Source of the DNA: Alphaproteobacteria bacterium | Lineage (GTDB): Bacteria > Pseudomonadota > Alphaproteobacteria > UBA828 | Length of the DNA: 64,000 nt | Assembly: GCA_963422645.2 (NCBI GenBank) | Contig: CAXXVO010000008.1 | Coordinates: 512,001-576,000, forward strand | Direction: 5' to 3' | Shown here: positions 60,604 through 64,000 of the stretch, piece by piece | Numbering within the stretch: position 1 is the stretch's first letter | Layout of the letters: each line of letters begins with the position of its first letter | Notes under the pieces: generated by a model | What the model saw: only the letters and a program-made list of their open reading frames with translations | Database searches by the model: none | What the model was told of the DNA's origin: nothing | Made by a program: the position numbers and the translations under genes

Positions 60604-61318
60604 TGTGCTGGAGATGATGACCCAGCTGAAGCTCGCAGGTATGCGCGCCGCTTACGACGACATCCTTGCCGACGGGCTCAAGCGCCGCCATCCGGTGCAA
60701 CAGATCATCGGTACGCTGCTGCAGGTCGAGATCGCCGACAAGAGGGCCCGCTCGATCAAGTACCAGATGGCCTCCGCCAAGCTGCCGACGGTCAAGGAGC
60801 TGGCCGACTTCGACTTCGCCGCCTCGCCGGTCAACGAGCCCCTGATCCAGGAGCTCGCCGGCGGCGGCTTCCTCGAGGGCAAACGCAACATCGTGCTGGT
60901 CGGCGGCACCGGTACCGGCAAGACCCATCTCGCCGTCGCCATCGCGCGGTCCTGCATCCGCAAGGGCGCGCGCGGCCGGTGCTACAACGTCGTCGACCTG
61001 GTCAACCTCCTCGAGGCCGAGCTTCGCGCCGGACGCCAGGGCCGCACTGCAGACCAGCTCGTCCGCCGCGACTTCGTCATCCTCGACGAGCTCGGCTACC
61101 TGCCCTTCGCCCAGGCCGGTGGGCAGCTGCTCTTCCATCTGATGAGCCGGCTCTACGAGCGCACCTCGATCGTCATCACCACAAACCTCGCCTTCGGCGA
61201 ATGGCCATCCGTCTTCGGCGACCCCAAGATGACCACAGCGCTGCTCGATCGCCTCACCCATCATTGCGAGATCATCGAGACCGGCAACGAGAGCTGGCGC
61301 TTCAAGAACCGCTCCTGA
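60590..61318 (+). CDS. istB: IS21 helper AAA+ ATPase IstB
   Basis: [24 protein letters not shown]. Confidence 0.95.
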   Translation: MERHDVLEMMTQLKLAGMRAAYDDILADGLKRRHPVQQIIGTLLQVEIADKRARSIKYQMASAKLPTVKELADFDFAASPVNEPLIQELAGGGFLEGKRNIVLVGGTGTGKTHLAVAIARSCIRKGARGRCYNVVDLVNLLEAELRAGRQGRTADQLVRRDFVILDELGYLPFAQAGGQLLFHLMSRLYERTSIVITTNLAFGEWPSVFGDPKMTTALLDRLTHHCEIIETGNESWRFKNRS

Positions 61319-61520
61319 CCCGCCGCCGGCCTCCCTTGCGGCCCGGTTGCCCCGGTGGGCCAACAGGGACCCCCCACGCGGCTTCGCTCCGCGTAGCGCA
61401 GGGCGCCACACGAAGCCGCGCGGGTCCCCCCTATTGGCTACCGGGACAACCTCCGCCGTGCCACTCAGGGGGGTCAATTTTGCACGCCGATCGGGGGTCA
61501 GTATTGAAAGCCGATTGACA

Positions 61521-64000
61521 GTCTGGGCCGGGCCAGCGGTCGGCGGCTTCATCTCGGACGCCCTCGGCCTCGGCCTGACGGCGGCCCAGTCCACCGCGCT
61601 CGGAAGCTCCCTGATCATGGTGGGCGGCACCCTGCTGGTGAATGCGCTCGTGCCGCCCGCGATCCCCGAGGTCACCCGGGCCTCCCTCGCCCGGCCCGAC
61701 CCGGTCTACTCGATCTCGGGCGGGCGGAACCCGCAGCGCCCCTACCAGCCCTTCCTGCTGGTCCTCGGCGAGCACCGCATCTTCCCCGACCTCGGCTCCC
61801 GGCCCTACACCGAGTACGTCTCCGGCGCCGACGAGCAGCCCGACCACATCCTGCGCCAGATCTTCCACTTCGGCCTCGGCGCGATCGAGGTCGCCGAGGC
61901 CGATCTCCGCATCGGCGACACCCCGATCACGGACTACGAGCACCTGACGCCCGCGCCGCCGGCCGACGCCCGCGGCCTGATCGACTGGCGCCCGGGCGGC
62001 GAGGTCCACGGCATCGCCGGCAACGTCGACACCGAGGCCGGCGGCGCGCTCGCCTGGCCCGGGGACGGCGGCGCGCCGGTGGCCGCCGACGACCTCGGGG
62101 CGGACGACGGGTGGGTGACGCGCACCACCGCCGACGACACCTACCGGGTCGGCGTGGACATCGCCGGCGCGCTCTACGGCTTCGACAGGCAGGGCAGGCC
62201 CGAGCGGCGCGAGGTCGATATCGTCGTCGAGGCCCGCCGCGCCGGCGGCGGCGCCTGGACGCGGCTCGGCGCGGAGACGCTGGGCCACGACGAGACCGCG
62301 CCATTCCGCTGGGGCGCGGCCTGGGATCTCGCGGGCGAGGGAACCTGGGAGGTCCGCGTGCGCCGCACCTCCGCGCCGGCGGACGACGACCGCTCGGGCG
62401 ACGATCTGACCTGGGCGGCCCTCAGGTCATACCAGAGGGACGCGACCGACTACACCGGCCAGCGGCGGCTGGGCCTGAGCATCCGCGCCTCGGGCCAGTT
62501 CTCCGGCCCCGTCGACCGGCTGAGCGCGCTGGTGCGCCAGAAGGCGCCCCGCTGGAACGGGCGCGCCTGGTCCGCCGCGCCCGCGGCGTACTCCTCCAGC
62601 CCCGCCGCCGTCATGCTGCTCTACCTGCGCGGCATCCGCGTGCACGGCCGCGTCGTGGCCGGGGTCGGCCTGCCCGACGCCCGCATCGACCTCGCCGGCC
62701 TCGGCGCCTGGCACGACTGGATCGCGGCCCACGACCCGCCGCTGCGCTGCGACCTGGTGCTGGACCGCGCAATCGGCCACGCCCGCGTGATCGAGACGAT
62801 CGCCCGCTGCGGCCGCGCCGCGCCCACCTGGCAGTCGGGCCGGCTCGGCGTCGTGTGGGACGCCGCCGACAGGCCGGCGACGGCCATGATAACCCCCGGC
62901 AACATCGTCGCAGGCTCCCTCGAGGTGGACTGGGCCGCAGGCCGCGGCGCGGACGAGATCGCCTGTCGCTATATCGACCCCGATCTCGACTGGCAGTGGA
63001 ACACCGTGCGCCGCACCGTGCCGGACGCGGAATACCCGCCCGCGTCCACCGCCACGCTCACGCTCGCCGGGGTCACGACGCGCGAACAGGCCGCCCTGGA
63101 GTGCAACCTCCAGGCCGCGCGCCAGCGCTACCACCGGCGGCGGATCGCCTGGGAGACGGGGCCGGAAGGCCTCTCCATCAGGCGCGGCGACGTGGTCCAC
63201 CTCAGCCACGGCCTGCTCGACGGGGGCCGCACGGGCCGGCTCGTCGCCCTGCACGACGACGGATGCACCCTCGACCGCGCCGTGCGGATCGCCGGCGCGG
63301 CGGGGACCGACTGGCTGATGCTGCGCCGGCCCGAAGGGGCGCTCGAGACCGTGCGCGCCCATGCCGGCCCGCCCGGCTCCGGCGCGCGCGCGAACGGCGC
63401 CGAAACCGCCCGCGTGTGGACGACACCCGCGCCGGAGGACGGAATCGGCGAGCCCGTCGACACGCTCTGGCGCCTCTATCCCGCAGGCGCCGGGCCGGCG
63501 AGGGTGAAGGTCGTGGGCGTCAGCCCCAGATCCGGGGACCGGGTGCGCCTCGAGGCCGTCGACGAGCTCGGCGCCTACTACGCTGCCGCCACCGCCGACC
63601 TCTCGGTCGATCTGCCGCAGATACGGCGCAATCTGCCGCGGGTCCTGCACGCCACCGTCACCGAGACCCTGATCCGCGTCGGCGCCGCCTTCCTCGTCGA
63701 GATCGCGCTCTCCCTCACCGTCGCCGGCGACTGGCGCGGCGCCGAGGTCCGCGCGTCGTGGGAGCGCCGGCCCATGCGCACCGTCGCCAGCCTCGACGGC
63801 GGCGACACGGAGGCGCGCTGGACCAGCCCGCCCGAGGGCTGGATCGAGATCGTCGTCCTGCCCCGCGGCGGCGGCCCGCGGCACCGCATCGCATATACGA
63901 TCCGCGGCCTGCGCACGCCCCCCGGCGCCGTCGGCGAGGCCCACGTCGAGCGCCTCGGCGACGGAACCCGGCGCTTCCGCTGGGCCGAGCCGGCCGACCC
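61521..64000 (+). pseudogene. Phage tail-tip / host-specificity (J-like) protein, 5'-truncated by IS21, open to window end
   Basis: Not in the ORF track (no stop in window); frame reads VWAGPAVGG...YSISGGRN..RPYQP..LVLGEHRIFPDL...IRASGQ.SG..D...YIDPDLDWQ. Confidence 0.8.

Larger units (their letters stand above)
58970..61520 (+). mobile_element. IS21-family insertion sequence
   Basis: TGT...ACA ends with doubled AAA.TGACCCC / GGGGTCA subterminal repeats; istA-istB; no TSD (GGCCTGTA vs GTCTGGGC). Confidence 0.9.

Overview
High-GC bacterial chromosome segment. The dapF-mtaB-ftsY, yejABEF, cysK-alaX-sseA and DUF1127 genes point to an alphaproteobacterium. The dense IS load, the ankyrin lipoprotein and the many ABC transporters suggest a host-associated lifestyle (inference only). 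Housekeeping and catabolic/transport operons are interleaved with several mobile elements. (i) An IS1634-family element (5732-7654) sits between two direct copies of a 1309-bp chromosomal segment (4423-5731 = 7655-8963), consistent with a giant target duplication that leaves both affected genes with an intact copy. (ii) A ~2.5-kb IS66-family element carries a Dam-like DNA adenine methyltransferase translationally coupled to its transposase. It occurs as one intact copy, one rearranged copy with an 8-bp TSD inside an ankyrin-lipoprotein gene, and a cluster of left-end fragments that decapitates a VapC gene. (iii) An IS110 has a long structured 5' non-coding end (bridge-RNA candidate). (iv) A TGT-initiated Mu/Tn7-like end truncates a TPR gene and is followed by an IS21 and a 5'-truncated phage tail-tip gene. 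Also notable are a divergent GroES-less GroEL paralogue with Asn at the catalytic Asp398-equivalent position, at the end of an ABC-transporter operon, and an Lpp/OprI-like lipoprotein convergent with an L,D-transpeptidase. All family assignments come from motif recognition by eye; no database searches were run.
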